Below are positions 1 to 9,335 of a DNA stretch of 24,000 nucleotides, one piece after another. Position numbers and translations under genes: made by a program. Every line of letters starts with the position of its first letter. The first letter of the stretch is position 1. This DNA is from Oceanibaculum nanhaiense (GTDB lineage Bacteria; Pseudomonadota; Alphaproteobacteria; Oceanibaculales; Oceanibaculaceae), in assembly GCF_002148795.1 (NCBI RefSeq), contig NZ_MPOB01000005.1:215023-239022 (forward strand), in the 5' to 3' direction. The notes under the pieces are model-generated. The model worked only from the letters and a program-made list of their open reading frames with translations, did not search any database and was not told the DNA's origin.

Positions 1-237
1 CTGGAAATGCCGCTGCGCGCCGATGTGGCGCTGATCAATGCGCACCGGGCGGACCGCTGGGGCAACCTGATCTACCGCCTGTCTTCGCGCAATTTCGCGC
101 CCGACATGGCGATGGCGGCGGATCTGACCATCGTTCAGACCGAGGGTTTCGTCGAGCTGGGCGATCTGGACCCGGACAACATCCATACGCCCGGCATTTT
201 CGTTGACCGGGTCGTGCATGTGGAGAAGAAGGCATGA
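1..237 (+). CDS. scoA: 3-oxoacid CoA-transferase subunit A, C-terminal fragment (5' end outside window)
   Basis: Frame 1 is open from the window edge. The C-terminal sequence (LINAHRADRWGNLIY...NIHTPGIFVDRVV) is typical of family I CoA-transferase alpha subunits. The stop overlaps the start of the B subunit gene (ATGA at 234-237). Confidence 0.8.
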   Translation: MEMPLRADVALINAHRADRWGNLIYRLSSRNFAPDMAMAADLTIVQTEGFVELGDLDPDNIHTPGIFVDRVVHVEKKA

Positions 238-929
238 GCAGCATGACCGAAAGCGTGGCGCGTCTCAGCCGCCGGCAGATCGCCTGGCGCGCGGCGCAGG
301 ACATCGAGAATGGCTGGTACGTCAATCTCGGCATTGGCCTGCCGACGCTGGCAGCCAGCTATGTGCCGGACGGGCGCGAGATCGTGTTCCACAGCGAGAA
401 CGGCCTGCTGGGCGTCGGCACCTATCCGAAGCCGGGCGAGGAGGATCCCGACCTCATCAACGCCACCAAGGAATATGTGACCCTGGCGAAGGGGGCATCG
501 GTGTTCAAGCATTCCGATTCCTTCACCATGATCCGGGGCGGCCATCTCGATCTGGCGCTGCTCGGCGCCTTCGAGGTCTCGCTCAAGGGCGATCTCGCCA
601 ACTGGACGACGGAAGACCCGAACTTTCCGCCCGGCGTCGGCGGGGCGATGGATCTGGCGGTCGGCGCCAAGCGCATCCGCGTGCTGATGGAGCATACGAC
701 GCGCAAGGGCGAACCGAAGATCCGCAATGTCTGCAAATACCCGCTGACCGCGTCGTCTGTGGTGAAGCGGCTCTATACCGACCTTGCGGTTATCGATGTG
801 ACGGAGGACGGGCTGCTGGTCGTCGAGATGGCCGAGGGGCTGACCCGCGAGGCGCTGCAGGATGTGACCGAGGCGCCGCTGACCTATGCCGCCACTGTCG
901 GCGTGCTGAAGGCGCCGGCGGTCGCGTAA
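234..929 (+). CDS. scoB: 3-oxoacid CoA-transferase subunit B
   Basis: 231 aa. Contains the family I CoA-transferase beta-subunit signature with the catalytic-Glu motif (FHSENGLLG) and GGAMDL. Translationally coupled to subunit A. High GC3. Confidence 0.9.
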   Translation: MSSMTESVARLSRRQIAWRAAQDIENGWYVNLGIGLPTLAASYVPDGREIVFHSENGLLGVGTYPKPGEEDPDLINATKEYVTLAKGASVFKHSDSFTMIRGGHLDLALLGAFEVSLKGDLANWTTEDPNFPPGVGGAMDLAVGAKRIRVLMEHTTRKGEPKIRNVCKYPLTASSVVKRLYTDLAVIDVTEDGLLVVEMAEGLTREALQDVTEAPLTYAATVGVLKAPAVA

Positions 930-950
930 CGGCTGCTGACTGAAAAGGAA

Positions 951-985
951 AGGCCCGCTCCGGTGTTCCGGGGCGGGCCTTTTTC
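951..985. terminator. Bidirectional intrinsic terminator between convergent scoB and the PPIase gene
   Basis: 8-bp GC stem AGGCCCGC (951-958) / GCGGGCCT (973-980). T5 follows on the plus strand (981-985) and an A-rich run precedes it (941-950), so it reads as a terminator on both strands. Confidence 0.7.
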
Positions 986-998
986 TTGCCTGGCTGGA

Positions 999-1541
999 TT
1001 ACTTGGCGTCTTCGGCCAGGGTCATCTTCACGATCTTGTCGGGATCTGCCGGCGGCTCGCCGCGCTTGATCTTGTCGACGAACTCCATGCCCTCGACCAC
1101 CTGGCCCCAGACGGTGTACTGGCCGTTCAGGAAGGGGGCGGGCTTGAAGCAGATGAAGAACTGGCTGTCGCCGCTGTCCGGGTTCTGCGAGCGGGCCATG
1201 CCGACGGTGCCGCGCTCGAACGGTGCGCTGTTGAATTCCGCCGGAATCTTCTTGCCGCTGCCGCCACGGCCGGTGCCGGTCGGGTCGCCGGTCTGGGCCA
1301 TGAAGCCCTCGATGACGCGGTGGAAGACGATACCGTCATAGAAGCCGGCGCGGACCAGCTCCTTGATGCGGGCGACGTGCTTGGGGGCGAGGTCCGGCTT
1401 CAACTCAATGACAACGCGGCCATGTTCAAGATCGAGATAGAGCATGTTTTCCATTTTGGCGGCTTCTGATTGGCTGGCGCCCGTGAAGAGGATGCCGAGG
1501 GCCAGCAGGGCCGTTGCGGCGAGGGTCTTCAGGCGTGTCAT
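999..1541 (-). CDS. Cyclophilin-type peptidyl-prolyl cis-trans isomerase, secreted/periplasmic
   Basis: 180 aa. N-terminal signal peptide (MTRLKTLAATALLALGILFTGASQSEA). Cyclophilin motifs FHRVIEGFMAQTGDP and SQFFI. Confidence 0.9.
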   Translation of the reverse strand: MTRLKTLAATALLALGILFTGASQSEAAKMENMLYLDLEHGRVVIELKPDLAPKHVARIKELVRAGFYDGIVFHRVIEGFMAQTGDPTGTGRGGSGKKIPAEFNSAPFERGTVGMARSQNPDSGDSQFFICFKPAPFLNGQYTVWGQVVEGMEFVDKIKRGEPPADPDKIVKMTLAEDAK

Positions 1542-1678
1542 GACGATATCCTGTCCTTGATCCAGCGTTACGGGGTACGGGTTCGAGGGTCACATTAAGC
1601 GGGCCGGGCCGGAATCGAAAGCCTCAATCGAACGCCTCAACACTCGGCGGGGAGGCATTTCGGCTCCGGGGCGGCCGG

Positions 1679-2032
1679 CTATTGCCGCCGTCGTTCCACC
1701 GTCACGCCGACCGAGGCCGCCTTGTCGATGACGTCGAGCTTTTCCACCGTGACCCGGGCGGTCAGCACGCGCCTGTCCTCCAGCCCGTGCCGTGCGATGC
1801 GGTCGGCGACGGTCTCGATCAGGTTCACATGGCCCTCGGCCAGGATTGCCTCGATGCCTTTCACCAGCGTGTGATAGCAGAACACATTTTCCAGCCGGTC
1901 ACCGGCCGCGGCGATGGTGTCGATGCATTCCAGCTCGAGATTGAGGCGCAGGCGCTGCCGCTTTCCCTTCTCGCTCTCATAGACGCCGACTTCGGCTTCA
2001 AGAACGAGATCGCGCACGAAGATTCGGTACAA
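1679..2032 (-). CDS. folB: Dihydroneopterin aldolase
   Basis: FolB-like sequence (YRIFVRDLVLEAEVGVYESEK...) of about 117 aa if started at TTG 2032, which follows GGGGAG by 6 nt. The track ORF runs to ATG 2140, but that 36-codon extension has clearly lower GC3 and no FolB counterpart. The start is uncertain (2032 vs 2140). Confidence 0.75.
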   Translation of the reverse strand: MYRIFVRDLVLEAEVGVYESEKGKRQRLRLNLELECIDTIAAAGDRLENVFCYHTLVKGIEAILAEGHVNLIETVADRIARHGLEDRRVLTARVTVEKLDVIDKAASVGVTVERRRQ

Positions 2033-2225
2033 CCCTAACTCCCCAGACTGTCGGGATGGACCGGCGGGACATGCCGGTCCAGCCGGCTGTATAGCCCCTG
2101 GCGCCGGCCGGAACAATGCCTGCGTCGGCGGGGCCGCCATGCCGCCATTTGCGACAGAGTCTCTTAAATGCTTGTTAACTTGTTCTCGCTATACAAAGCT
2201 CAGAACAGCGCGGCGGATAACGAAG

Positions 2226-2402
2226 ATGCTTCTGGATATGACCGTTCCCATGCCGACCACATTTCCCCGCAGCGACATGCTGCTTGAAGTCCTGCTGGGC
2301 CTGGCCGTGCTGCTGCAGCAATGCCGCAGCCAGAAGCCTGAGGTCTCGGCGCTGGTGTCGGATATCGAAAAATCCATCGAGCAGCTGCGCGCGAGCGCCT
2401 GA
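2226..2402 (+). CDS. Hypothetical small protein (58 aa)
   Basis: GC3 is high from ATG 2226 onward, while the upstream part of the track ORF (2139-2225) has low GC3. No recognisable domain; hydrophobic central stretch (LLEVLLGLAVLLQQ). Weak RBS. Confidence 0.4.
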   Translation: MLLDMTVPMPTTFPRSDMLLEVLLGLAVLLQQCRSQKPEVSALVSDIEKSIEQLRASA

Positions 2403-2426
2403 GGCACCCTTTTCTTTCCGGTAGGG

Positions 2427-2681
2427 TCAGGCCTTGCCGGAGGTATCGATGCCGCGCTGCCGGCAATAGCGCTCCAGCTCCGACAACACCTTGTGACGAT
2501 TACGCCCGCCATTGGCGTGGGCCTGTTCCAGCATGGCGACGGCCAGGCTGGGTTTCTGCGGCATGCCCATCTGATGCCGCACCAGCCGCTCGGCGGTTTC
2601 CAGCACTTGCGGATCGGCCTTGTCGCGCGCCGCGCGCACCTGCCGCAAGGCGGCCTCCAGCACTTTCGGATCCTTCGCCAT
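2427..2681 (-). CDS. Hypothetical small protein (84 aa), helical and charged
   Basis: Very high GC3 from ATG 2681 (MAKDPKVLEAALRQVRAARDK...). The rest of the 278-aa track ORF overlaps a better plus-strand gene. No domain recognised. Confidence 0.6.
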   Translation of the reverse strand: MAKDPKVLEAALRQVRAARDKADPQVLETAERLVRHQMGMPQKPSLAVAMLEQAHANGGRNRHKVLSELERYCRQRGIDTSGKA

Positions 2682-2813
2682 AGAGTCGACGCCACGGTAA
2701 TTGCACCCGCGCGAGCCTGGCGGCATCGCGGCTGGACCTTCGCGGCCAGCGCCGCCATCATATCGTGAGGCGGGGCAGCGAGCCAGCCCGTCCCGCGATA
2801 TGAGGTGGGCACA

Positions 2814-3269
2814 ATGCTGCTGTCCCTGCTGAGAAAGGCCCGGAAGCCGGCCCCGACGCCGGCGCGCCGCAACGGCATCTTCTGCTGCCGCTGCGACCGG
2901 CCGGCCGTGGTCAGTTTCGGTCTGGACGAGGCGGGGGCGAAGCGCTTCGCGCGCGGCCTGCGCACCTATGTGGCGTCCGGCGAGCGCGAGGTGCTGCTGC
3001 CATTCTGCGCCGATCATTTCGAGCAGGCGGCGCTGAGCTGGCCCGGCCTGATCGCGCAGCCGGTGCAGCCGCTGCCGATCCGCTGGCGCGAGGGGGTGGC
3101 CGCCATCGCCTGGGTGAAGCACCGGCTGGACGACCCCGCCGTGCGCCGCAAGGCACTGCGCGGGCTGGCGCGCAAGCTGCGTCCGGCCCGCCCGGCGGTT
3201 GCCCCGGGAAAAGAACGCGAGGACATGCTGCACCGCTTCCTGGCAGAGCGGCGGCGAGCCCATCGCTAA
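2814..3269 (+). CDS. Hypothetical protein (151 aa) with N-terminal Cys cluster and basic C-terminus
   Basis: Strong GC3 bias throughout. GAGGTG RBS sits 5 nt before ATG 2814 (alternative GTG 2805). Motif FCCRCDRP...PFCADH could be a metal-binding site. No family recognised. Confidence 0.65.
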   Translation: MLLSLLRKARKPAPTPARRNGIFCCRCDRPAVVSFGLDEAGAKRFARGLRTYVASGEREVLLPFCADHFEQAALSWPGLIAQPVQPLPIRWREGVAAIAWVKHRLDDPAVRRKALRGLARKLRPARPAVAPGKEREDMLHRFLAERRRAHR

Positions 3270-3542
3270 GCGCCCTCACTAAACACATGGCCCTCCAGCG
3301 AAAAACCGCTATTCGAGGGGGCATGCGTATGATACATGCGATATCGGTTTTAACAGCTGAACGAGCCCGGCCATGACGGCTGACCTTCGACGACGACGTA
3401 CGACCTGCCTGACCGCGCTTGCGGCCGGGGCAGTCGCGTCGCCTGGTCACCGCCGGAGGGAAAAGCTGTAGGCATCCCTCCGCCCGGGAACAGGCGATGC
3501 GGTCCATTGACTGACCGATACCCTATTTCCGGGAATTGAGAG

Positions 3543-4079
3543 ATGCAGATCGTTCACGAGCGGCCGGGCGACGCCGCCCTTATCGACACCCTTCTGGATA
3601 CCGCCTTCGGTCCGGGCCGGACGACCAAGACCGTCTATAAGCTGCGCGAGGGCGTGCCGCACGACCCGGCGCTGGCCTTTGTCGCGCTGGAAGACGGGCA
3701 GCTGCGCGGCTCCATCCGCTACTGGCCGCTGCTGCTGGGTGCGGCACGCGTGCCGTCCGTCATGCTGGGGCCGCTCGCGGTCGATCCGGCCTATAAGGGG
3801 CAGGGCTATGGCAAGGCGCTGATGCGCCATTCGCTGGCCCATGCCGCCAGACTTGGCCGCCGGTCGATTATCCTGGTCGGCGATCCGGAATACTATAATC
3901 CGTTCGGCTTCACGCGGGAGAAGGCGCTGGGCCTGCAACTGCCCGGCCCGGTCGAGGAGCGGCGTTTCCTGGCGCTGGAGCTGGTGCCGGGCGCGTTGGA
4001 CGGTGTGGCCGGGATGATCCATCCGGCGCTGCCGGCGGCCCCGCAAATCCGGAGGGGGGTTCGCCGATACGCCGCGTAG
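3543..4079 (+). CDS. GNAT family N-acetyltransferase (YhbS/COG3153-like)
   Basis: 178 aa. Acetyl-CoA binding motif A (YKGQGYGKALMRH). The overall layout matches short GNAT enzymes. Confidence 0.85.
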   Translation: MQIVHERPGDAALIDTLLDTAFGPGRTTKTVYKLREGVPHDPALAFVALEDGQLRGSIRYWPLLLGAARVPSVMLGPLAVDPAYKGQGYGKALMRHSLAHAARLGRRSIILVGDPEYYNPFGFTREKALGLQLPGPVEERRFLALELVPGALDGVAGMIHPALPAAPQIRRGVRRYAA

Positions 4080-4194
4080 TGGCGCTGGGGGATACCGGCC
4101 ATGCTGAATCGGTAGGATGCCGCCGCTTGACCGGGCCGGTCGGACCGGCAAGCATGGGGGCAATTCTAAACAGGGAATAAGGCAGGGACGCACC

Positions 4195-5334
4195 ATGGCT
4201 GTCATCAGCTACCTCACCAAGATCCAGTTCGACTTCGGCGCCATCAAGCTGCTGGCGGACGAGATGAAGGCGCTCGGCATCAAGCGGCCGCTGATCGTCA
4301 CCGACAAGGGGCTGGTGAAGACCGGCATCCTGGACACGATCCGCGCCAACATCCCGAACGAATTCGATGTCTCGGTGTTCGACGGCACGCCGGAGAACCC
4401 GACCGAGGCGGCGACCTGGGAGGCGCTGAAACTCTACAAGGAGAATGGCTGCGATGGCATCATCGCGGTCGGCGGCGGTTCTTCCATGGATCTTGCCAAG
4501 GGCGTGCGCCTGCTGGCGACGCATGAGGGGCCGCTGGCGCAATATGCAATGGTGGAGGGCGGTGTCGCTCGCATCCGTCCGGATGTCTCCAAGCTGATCG
4601 CGGTGGCCACCACCTCGGGCACCGGTTCCGAGGTCGGGCGCGGCGCCGTCATCGTGCTGGAGGACGGGCGCAAGCTTGCCCTGGTCAGCCCCTATCTGAT
4701 TCCCAATGTGGCGATCAACGATCCGGAGCTGACGCTGGGCCTGCCGCCCGTGCTGACCGCCGGTACCGGCATGGACGCGATCACCCATTGCATCGAGACC
4801 TTCCTGTCGCTGGCGGTGAACCCGCCGGCCGACGGCATCTCGCTGGAAGGGCTGCGGCTCGCCAGCCGCTCCATCGAGACGGCGGTGAAGGACGGCTCCA
4901 ACCGGCAGGCGCGCTGGGACATGATGATGGGCTCGATGATGGGCGCCATGAGCTTCCAGAAGGGGCTGGGCGCGGTCCATGCGCTGTCGCACCCGCTGGG
5001 CGCGGTGAAGGGCCTGCGCCTGCATCATGGTACGTTGAACGCGGTGTTCCTGCCCGCCGTGCTGCGCTTCAACAAATCCGTGGTCGGCGACAAATATCCG
5101 CGTGTCGCGCAGGCGATGGGCCTGCCGGAGAACACCGATATTGCCGATGCGATCTCGAAGCTGAACGCCAAGCTGGGCATTCCCGCCAGCCTGCGCGAGA
5201 TGGGCGTCACCGACGATCTGCTGGACGGTATCGCGCTGGCCGCGACCAAGGACCATGCGCATCCGACCAACCCGCGCACGCCTTCCGTTGCGGAGTACCG
5301 CAAGCTGCTCGACGAGGCGATGGCCGGCAACTGA
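4195..5334 (+). CDS. Iron-containing (group III) alcohol dehydrogenase
   Basis: 379 aa from ATG 4195 (MAVISYLTKIQFDFGA...). NAD-binding GGGSSMDLAKG and the metal-binding His pair in AVHALSHPLG. The track start at 4117 adds an unlikely 26-aa extension. Confidence 0.9.
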   Translation: MAVISYLTKIQFDFGAIKLLADEMKALGIKRPLIVTDKGLVKTGILDTIRANIPNEFDVSVFDGTPENPTEAATWEALKLYKENGCDGIIAVGGGSSMDLAKGVRLLATHEGPLAQYAMVEGGVARIRPDVSKLIAVATTSGTGSEVGRGAVIVLEDGRKLALVSPYLIPNVAINDPELTLGLPPVLTAGTGMDAITHCIETFLSLAVNPPADGISLEGLRLASRSIETAVKDGSNRQARWDMMMGSMMGAMSFQKGLGAVHALSHPLGAVKGLRLHHGTLNAVFLPAVLRFNKSVVGDKYPRVAQAMGLPENTDIADAISKLNAKLGIPASLREMGVTDDLLDGIALAATKDHAHPTNPRTPSVAEYRKLLDEAMAGN

Positions 5335-5372
5335 GGAGGGCGGCTAGCGCCGCCGCTTCCATTCAGGCAAAC

Positions 5373-5404
5373 AAAAAGGCCGCGTCCGGGAACGCGGCCT
5401 TTTT
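5373..5404. terminator. Bidirectional intrinsic terminator between convergent adh and gap
   Basis: 8-bp stem GGCCGCGT (5378-5385) / ACGCGGCC (5392-5399) with a 6-nt loop. Flanked by A5 (5373-5377) and T5 (5400-5404). Confidence 0.8.
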
Positions 5405-5425
5405 CGTACTCGATGTCCAACCGGA

Positions 5426-6433
5426 CTAGATCAGCTTGGCGATGGCGCCGGCCGTATCCAGCATGCGGTTGGAGAAGCCCCATTCATTATCGTACCAGCT
5501 CATCACGCGGACCAGCTTCTTCTCGATCACCTTGGTCTCACCGAGATCGACGGTCGAGCTGTTCGGGCAATGGTTGAAATCGATGGAGACCAGCTTCTCG
5601 GTGTTGGTCTCCAGGATGCCCTTCAGCTTGCCGGCAGCGGCGGCGGTGATCGCCTTGTTCACTTCCTCGACGCTGGTCTCGCGCTTGGCGATGAACTTGA
5701 AGTCGATGACCGAGACATTGGCGGTCGGCACGCGGATCGAGGTGCCGTCCAGCTTGCCGGCCAGTTCCGGCAGCACGAGGCCAACGGCCTTGGCGGCACC
5801 GGTCGAGGTCGGGATCATCGACATGGCGGCCGCACGGGCGCGGTGCAGATCCTTGTGCAGCGTATCGACCGTGTTCTGGTCGCCGGTATAGGCGTGGATC
5901 GTGGTCATGAAGCCGGATTCGATGCCGATCGCCTCATGCATCACCGCCGCGACCGGGGCCAGGCAGTTGGTGGTGCAGGACGCGTTCGAGACGATGACGT
6001 GATCCTTGGTCAGCTTGTCGTGGTTCACGCCATAGACGACCGTAATGTCGGCGCCGGTGGCGGGGGCCGAGATCAGCACGCGCTTGGCACCGGCCGTCAG
6101 GTGCATCGCGGCCTTTTCCTTGTCGGTGAAGATGCCGGTGCACTCGAAGGCGATATCGACGCCGAGTTCCTTCCAGGGCAGCTTCGACGGGTCACGCTCG
6201 GCAGTCACCTTGATCTTGCCGGTGCCGAGATCCATCCAGTCATCACCGGTGGTCACGGTGCCGGGGAAGCGGCCATGCACCGAATCGTAGCGCAGCAGAT
6301 GCGCATTCGCCTCGACCGGACCGAGATCGTTGATCGCCACGACCTGCAGATCCTTGCGGCCGCTTTCATGCAGGGCGCGAAGCACCAGACGGCCGATGCG
6401 GCCGAAACCGTTGATTGCCACACGAGTAGCCAT
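5426..6433 (-). CDS. gap: Type I glyceraldehyde-3-phosphate dehydrogenase
   Basis: 335 aa. INGFGRIGR Rossmann start and the active-site motif [21 protein letters not shown] lies upstream of ATG 6433. Confidence 0.97.
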   Translation of the reverse strand: MATRVAINGFGRIGRLVLRALHESGRKDLQVVAINDLGPVEANAHLLRYDSVHGRFPGTVTTGDDWMDLGTGKIKVTAERDPSKLPWKELGVDIAFECTGIFTDKEKAAMHLTAGAKRVLISAPATGADITVVYGVNHDKLTKDHVIVSNASCTTNCLAPVAAVMHEAIGIESGFMTTIHAYTGDQNTVDTLHKDLHRARAAAMSMIPTSTGAAKAVGLVLPELAGKLDGTSIRVPTANVSVIDFKFIAKRETSVEEVNKAITAAAAGKLKGILETNTEKLVSIDFNHCPNSSTVDLGETKVIEKKLVRVMSWYDNEWGFSNRMLDTAGAIAKLI

Positions 6434-6469
6434 TTATTCCTCCAAACGCGAACGGATAGGGTTCGTCTT

Positions 6470-8461
6470 CTAGATACGGGCTTTCGCCGCTGCTACAACC
6501 GCTTCCGCGGTAATGCCGAAATGCTTGTACAGCTGGGGTGCCGGGGCGGAGGCGCCGAAACCGGTCATGCCGATAAAGCAACCCTTCTCGCCCAGATAAC
6601 GTTCCCAGCCGAAGCCGATGGCCGCTTCCACGGCGATGCGCGGGCCGTCGCCTAGCACCTGCTGGCGGTAGGCCTCGTCTTGCGCGTCGAACAGCTCGCA
6701 GCACGGCATGGAGACGACGGCGGCAGCGATGCCCTCGGCCTTCAGCGTGTCGCGGGCGGCCAGCGCGATCTCCACCTCGGAGCCGGTGGCGATCAGCGTC
6801 ACCTGGCGCTTGCCCTCGGCCTCGGCCAGCACATAGCCGCCCTTGGCCGACAGGTTCTCGGCGGTGTGCGTGGTGCGCACGGTCGGCAGGCCCTGGCGGG
6901 TCAGGCTGAGGACCGAGGGCGTGCCCTCGCTCTGCAGCGCGATCTGCCAGCATTCGGCGGTCTCCACCGTGTCGGCCGGGCGGAACACATAGAGGTTCGG
7001 CATGGCGCGCAGCGCCGCCAGATGTTCGACCGGCTGGTGCGTCGGGCCGTCCTCGCCCAGGCCGATGGAATCATGCGTCATGATGTAGAGGACGCGCAGC
7101 CCCATCAGCGCTGACAGGCGGATCGCCGGGCGGCAGTAATCGGTGAACACCATGAAGGTGCCGCCGAACGGGATGATGCCGCCATGCAGGGCAAGGCCGT
7201 TCATCGCGGCGGCCATGCCATGTTCGCGGATGCCATAGTGGATATAGCTGCCTGCATAGTCGCCGGCCTTGATGATGGCGGCTTCCTTGGCCTTGGTGTT
7301 GTTCGAGCCGGTCAGGTCGGCGGAGCCGCCGATCAGTTCCGGCAACACCGGGGCCAGCGCGTCGATCACATGCTGCGAGGACATGCGGGTGGCGATCTTC
7401 GGCTGCTGTTCGGCGGTCTGCTTCTTGAAGGCTTCAACCGCCTGGTCGAAGCCGCCGGGCAGGCGCCCGGCCAGAACGCGCTCCAGCTCCTCGCGCTTCT
7501 CGCTGCCCAGCTCGTCCACCTGCTCCTGCCAGCCCTTGCGGGCGGCGGCACCGCGCTGGCCGATTTCGCGCCAGGCGGTCAGGATGTCCTCGGGAATCTC
7601 GAAGGGCGCATGGGTCCAGCCCAGCGCCGCGCGGGTGCCCTCGATCTCCTCCGCGCCCAGCGGCGATCCGTGGGTGGCGGCGCTGCCCTGCTTCTTCGGC
7701 GCGCCATAGCCGATGATGGTCTTGCAGGCGATCAGCGACGGGGTGTCGGTCTTGCGCGCTTGTGTGATGGCGGCTTCGATGGCGGCGGGGTCATGCCCGT
7801 CCACCGCCTGTACGTCCCAGCCGGCGGCCTTGAAGCGGCCCTGCTGGTCTTCCGAGGTGGAGAGGCTGGTCGGGCCATCGATGGAAATGCCGTTATCGTC
7901 GAACAGCACGATCAGCTTGGACAGCTTCAGATGCCCGGCCAGCGTGATCGCTTCCTGGCTGATGCCCTCCATCAGGCAGCCATCGCCGGCGATCACATAG
8001 GTGAAGTGATCGACAATAGGATCGCCGAAGCGGGCGTTCAGGATGCGCTCACCCAGCGCGAAGCCGACCGCGGTGGCGATGCCCTGGCCCAGCGGGCCGG
8101 TGGTGGTCTCGATGCCCGGCGCATGGCCATATTCGGGATGACCGGCGGTCATGCTGCCCAGCTGACGGAAATTCCGGATCTGCTCGATCGTCATTTCCGG
8201 ATAGCCGGTGAGATAGAGCAGGCTGTAGAGCAGCATCGAGCCATGGCCCGCCGACAGCACGAAGCGGTCGCGGTCCGGCCAGCGCGGATCGGCGGCGTCG
8301 AATTTCAGGAATTTCGAATACAGCACCGTCGCCACATCGGCCATGCCCATCGGCATGCCGGGGTGGCCGGATTTCGCCGCTTCGACGGCATCCATCGACA
8401 GGGCGCGGATGGCGTTGGCCATCTGCTTGTGCGGAACGGGCAGGCTGGTCTGTGCGGTCAT
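6470..8461 (-). CDS. tkt: Transketolase
   Basis: 663 aa from ATG 8461 ([35 protein letters not shown]...). Carries ThDP-binding motifs (GDGCLMEG). Lies 36 nt upstream of gap on the same strand, forming a tkt-gap operon. The track start at 8566 adds a non-homologous 35 aa. Confidence 0.95.
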   Translation of the reverse strand: MTAQTSLPVPHKQMANAIRALSMDAVEAAKSGHPGMPMGMADVATVLYSKFLKFDAADPRWPDRDRFVLSAGHGSMLLYSLLYLTGYPEMTIEQIRNFRQLGSMTAGHPEYGHAPGIETTTGPLGQGIATAVGFALGERILNARFGDPIVDHFTYVIAGDGCLMEGISQEAITLAGHLKLSKLIVLFDDNGISIDGPTSLSTSEDQQGRFKAAGWDVQAVDGHDPAAIEAAITQARKTDTPSLIACKTIIGYGAPKKQGSAATHGSPLGAEEIEGTRAALGWTHAPFEIPEDILTAWREIGQRGAAARKGWQEQVDELGSEKREELERVLAGRLPGGFDQAVEAFKKQTAEQQPKIATRMSSQHVIDALAPVLPELIGGSADLTGSNNTKAKEAAIIKAGDYAGSYIHYGIREHGMAAAMNGLALHGGIIPFGGTFMVFTDYCRPAIRLSALMGLRVLYIMTHDSIGLGEDGPTHQPVEHLAALRAMPNLYVFRPADTVETAECWQIALQSEGTPSVLSLTRQGLPTVRTTHTAENLSAKGGYVLAEAEGKRQVTLIATGSEVEIALAARDTLKAEGIAAAVVSMPCCELFDAQDEAYRQQVLGDGPRIAVEAAIGFGWERYLGEKGCFIGMTGFGASAPAPQLYKHFGITAEAVVAAAKARI

Positions 8462-8651
8462 GACGGTGCCACGCGGTTCAAATATAGAGAAACGCCGCAC
8501 CCCGGCGCTTCCGGGGGCGATCTGGTCGGGCGGGTGGAAAATGCCGCCGGGCGGCCCCTCCGTCAACCCGCCATAGTGCAGGGCAGGCCATCGCGCGGCT
8601 TATTTATTAGCGGTTCCGATTCCGCATTGCGGGGTGCCCATGGCGGTTCGG

Positions 8652-8681
8652 TTGACGGGTGCCGTGGTGCGTGCCTATCTT
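8652..8681 (+). promoter_or_regulatory. Candidate sigma70-type promoter for the ZauP-like/zapA/ssrS unit
   Basis: TTGACG (8652-8657), 18-nt spacer, TATCTT (8676-8681), about 45 nt upstream of ATG 8728. Pattern match only. Confidence 0.3.
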
Positions 8682-8727
8682 GCGCAAGCTAATTTGGCAG
8701 GAACTCTCGCGGGAATCGCCCATCATC

Positions 8728-8976
8728 ATGAAGGAAGCGCCGACCCTGGATATGGCACTGGAGCGGCTGGCGCAGGCCGTGGCCCGGCTGGAATCCGCCC
8801 TGGCGCGGCGCGGCGGTGCCGCCCTTTCGGCGGAAGTTGGCGAGGGTTCGGCGGAGCTGCAGCGCGCGCTGGACGATGCGCGGGCCGAATATGCCAAGCT
8901 TTCCGAGGTGACGGGGCTGGTCTCGCAACGGCTGGACCGCACCATCAACCGGCTGAAACTGGTTCTGGAGAAATAG
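8728..8976 (+). CDS. DUF4164-type coiled-coil protein, ZauP-like (ZapA-upstream protein)
   Basis: 82 aa from ATG 8728, heptad-like and charged (LERLAQAVARLESALARR...LKLVLEK). Sits immediately upstream of zapA, as ZauP does in Caulobacter. Confidence 0.65.
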   Translation: MKEAPTLDMALERLAQAVARLESALARRGGAALSAEVGEGSAELQRALDDARAEYAKLSEVTGLVSQRLDRTINRLKLVLEK

Positions 8977-8978
8977 GC

Positions 8979-9329
8979 GTGGCGTCTGTCGAGGTCTCCA
9001 TCAACGGTCGGTTCTACCGCATCGCCTGCGAGGATGGGCAGGAACAGCGCCTGATTCGCCTTGCCGGATCGGTGGACGAAAAGGTTTCTTCCCTCGTCGA
9101 ACAGGTCGGGCAGGTCGGCGATACCCGCCTGCTGGTCATGGCCAGCCTGCTGATTGCCGACGAACTGGATGACGCGAAACACGGTAATGGCCATGCTAAT
9201 GGCGGGGCAAATGGCGGCCCGAATGTCGGTTCTGTGCCGGATCCGGCACAGAATCAGGCGGCCATCGCGGCGCTGTCTGCCCTGGCCGAACGCATTGAGC
9301 ATATTGCCGATAGCCTCGAGAGCGCCTAG
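8979..9329 (+). CDS. zapA: Cell division protein ZapA
   Basis: 116 aa from GTG 8979, with GGAG 8 nt upstream. The ZapA N-terminal core (VEVSINGRFYRIACEDGQEQRLIRLAGSVDEKV) is followed by a helical tail. The upstream part of the track ORF (8634-8978) overlaps the ZauP-like gene out of frame. Confidence 0.85.
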   Translation: MASVEVSINGRFYRIACEDGQEQRLIRLAGSVDEKVSSLVEQVGQVGDTRLLVMASLLIADELDDAKHGNGHANGGANGGPNVGSVPDPAQNQAAIAALSALAERIEHIADSLESA

Positions 9330-9335
9330 ATACTG

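Noticed and set aside
2189-3263. Long minus-strand ORFs 2189-2965 (258 aa) and 2427-3263 (278 aa)
   Set aside because: Only the 3' 255 nt of the second (2427-2681) shows coding-like GC3. The remainder overlaps the plus-strand gene 2814-3269, which has much better codon bias and an RBS.
3454-3482. Hairpin CGGAGGGA-N13-TCCCTCCG, plus the imperfect palindrome GCATGCGTATGATACATGC near 3322-3340, in the 273-nt spacer upstream of the GNAT gene
   Set aside because: No U-tract on either strand, so it is not a convincing terminator. There is no recognisable riboswitch or sRNA architecture, and it is too weak to call.
3910-5262. 450-aa minus-strand ORF opposite the alcohol dehydrogenase
   Set aside because: A shadow ORF of a well-supported Fe-ADH gene, with low-complexity Arg/Gly/His-rich translation.
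5570-6655. 361-aa plus-strand ORF opposite gap
   Set aside because: Antisense to GAPDH; a high-GC artefact.
8462-8566. N-terminal extensions offered by the ORF track: tkt 8462-8566, adh 4117-4194, 5-FCL 9356-9523, tolB 21993-22040, folB 2033-2140
   Set aside because: In each case an internal start reproduces the family-typical N-terminus and length. The extensions have atypical composition or lower GC3. For 5-FCL the extension would run through the 6S RNA.
7184-8692. 502-aa plus-strand ORF, plus 6680-7114, 7269-7709 and 7713-8000, all opposite transketolase
   Set aside because: Antisense to an unmistakable tkt gene. The Arg/Ala/Gly-rich composition is typical of shadow ORFs in high-GC DNA, and there is no domain signature.
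8695-8710. Sigma54-like TGGCAG-N5-CTCGC upstream of the ZauP-like gene
   Set aside because: The GC dinucleotide is displaced by one position relative to the GG, compared with the TGGCAC-N5-TTGCA consensus spacing, and the -12 element is poor.
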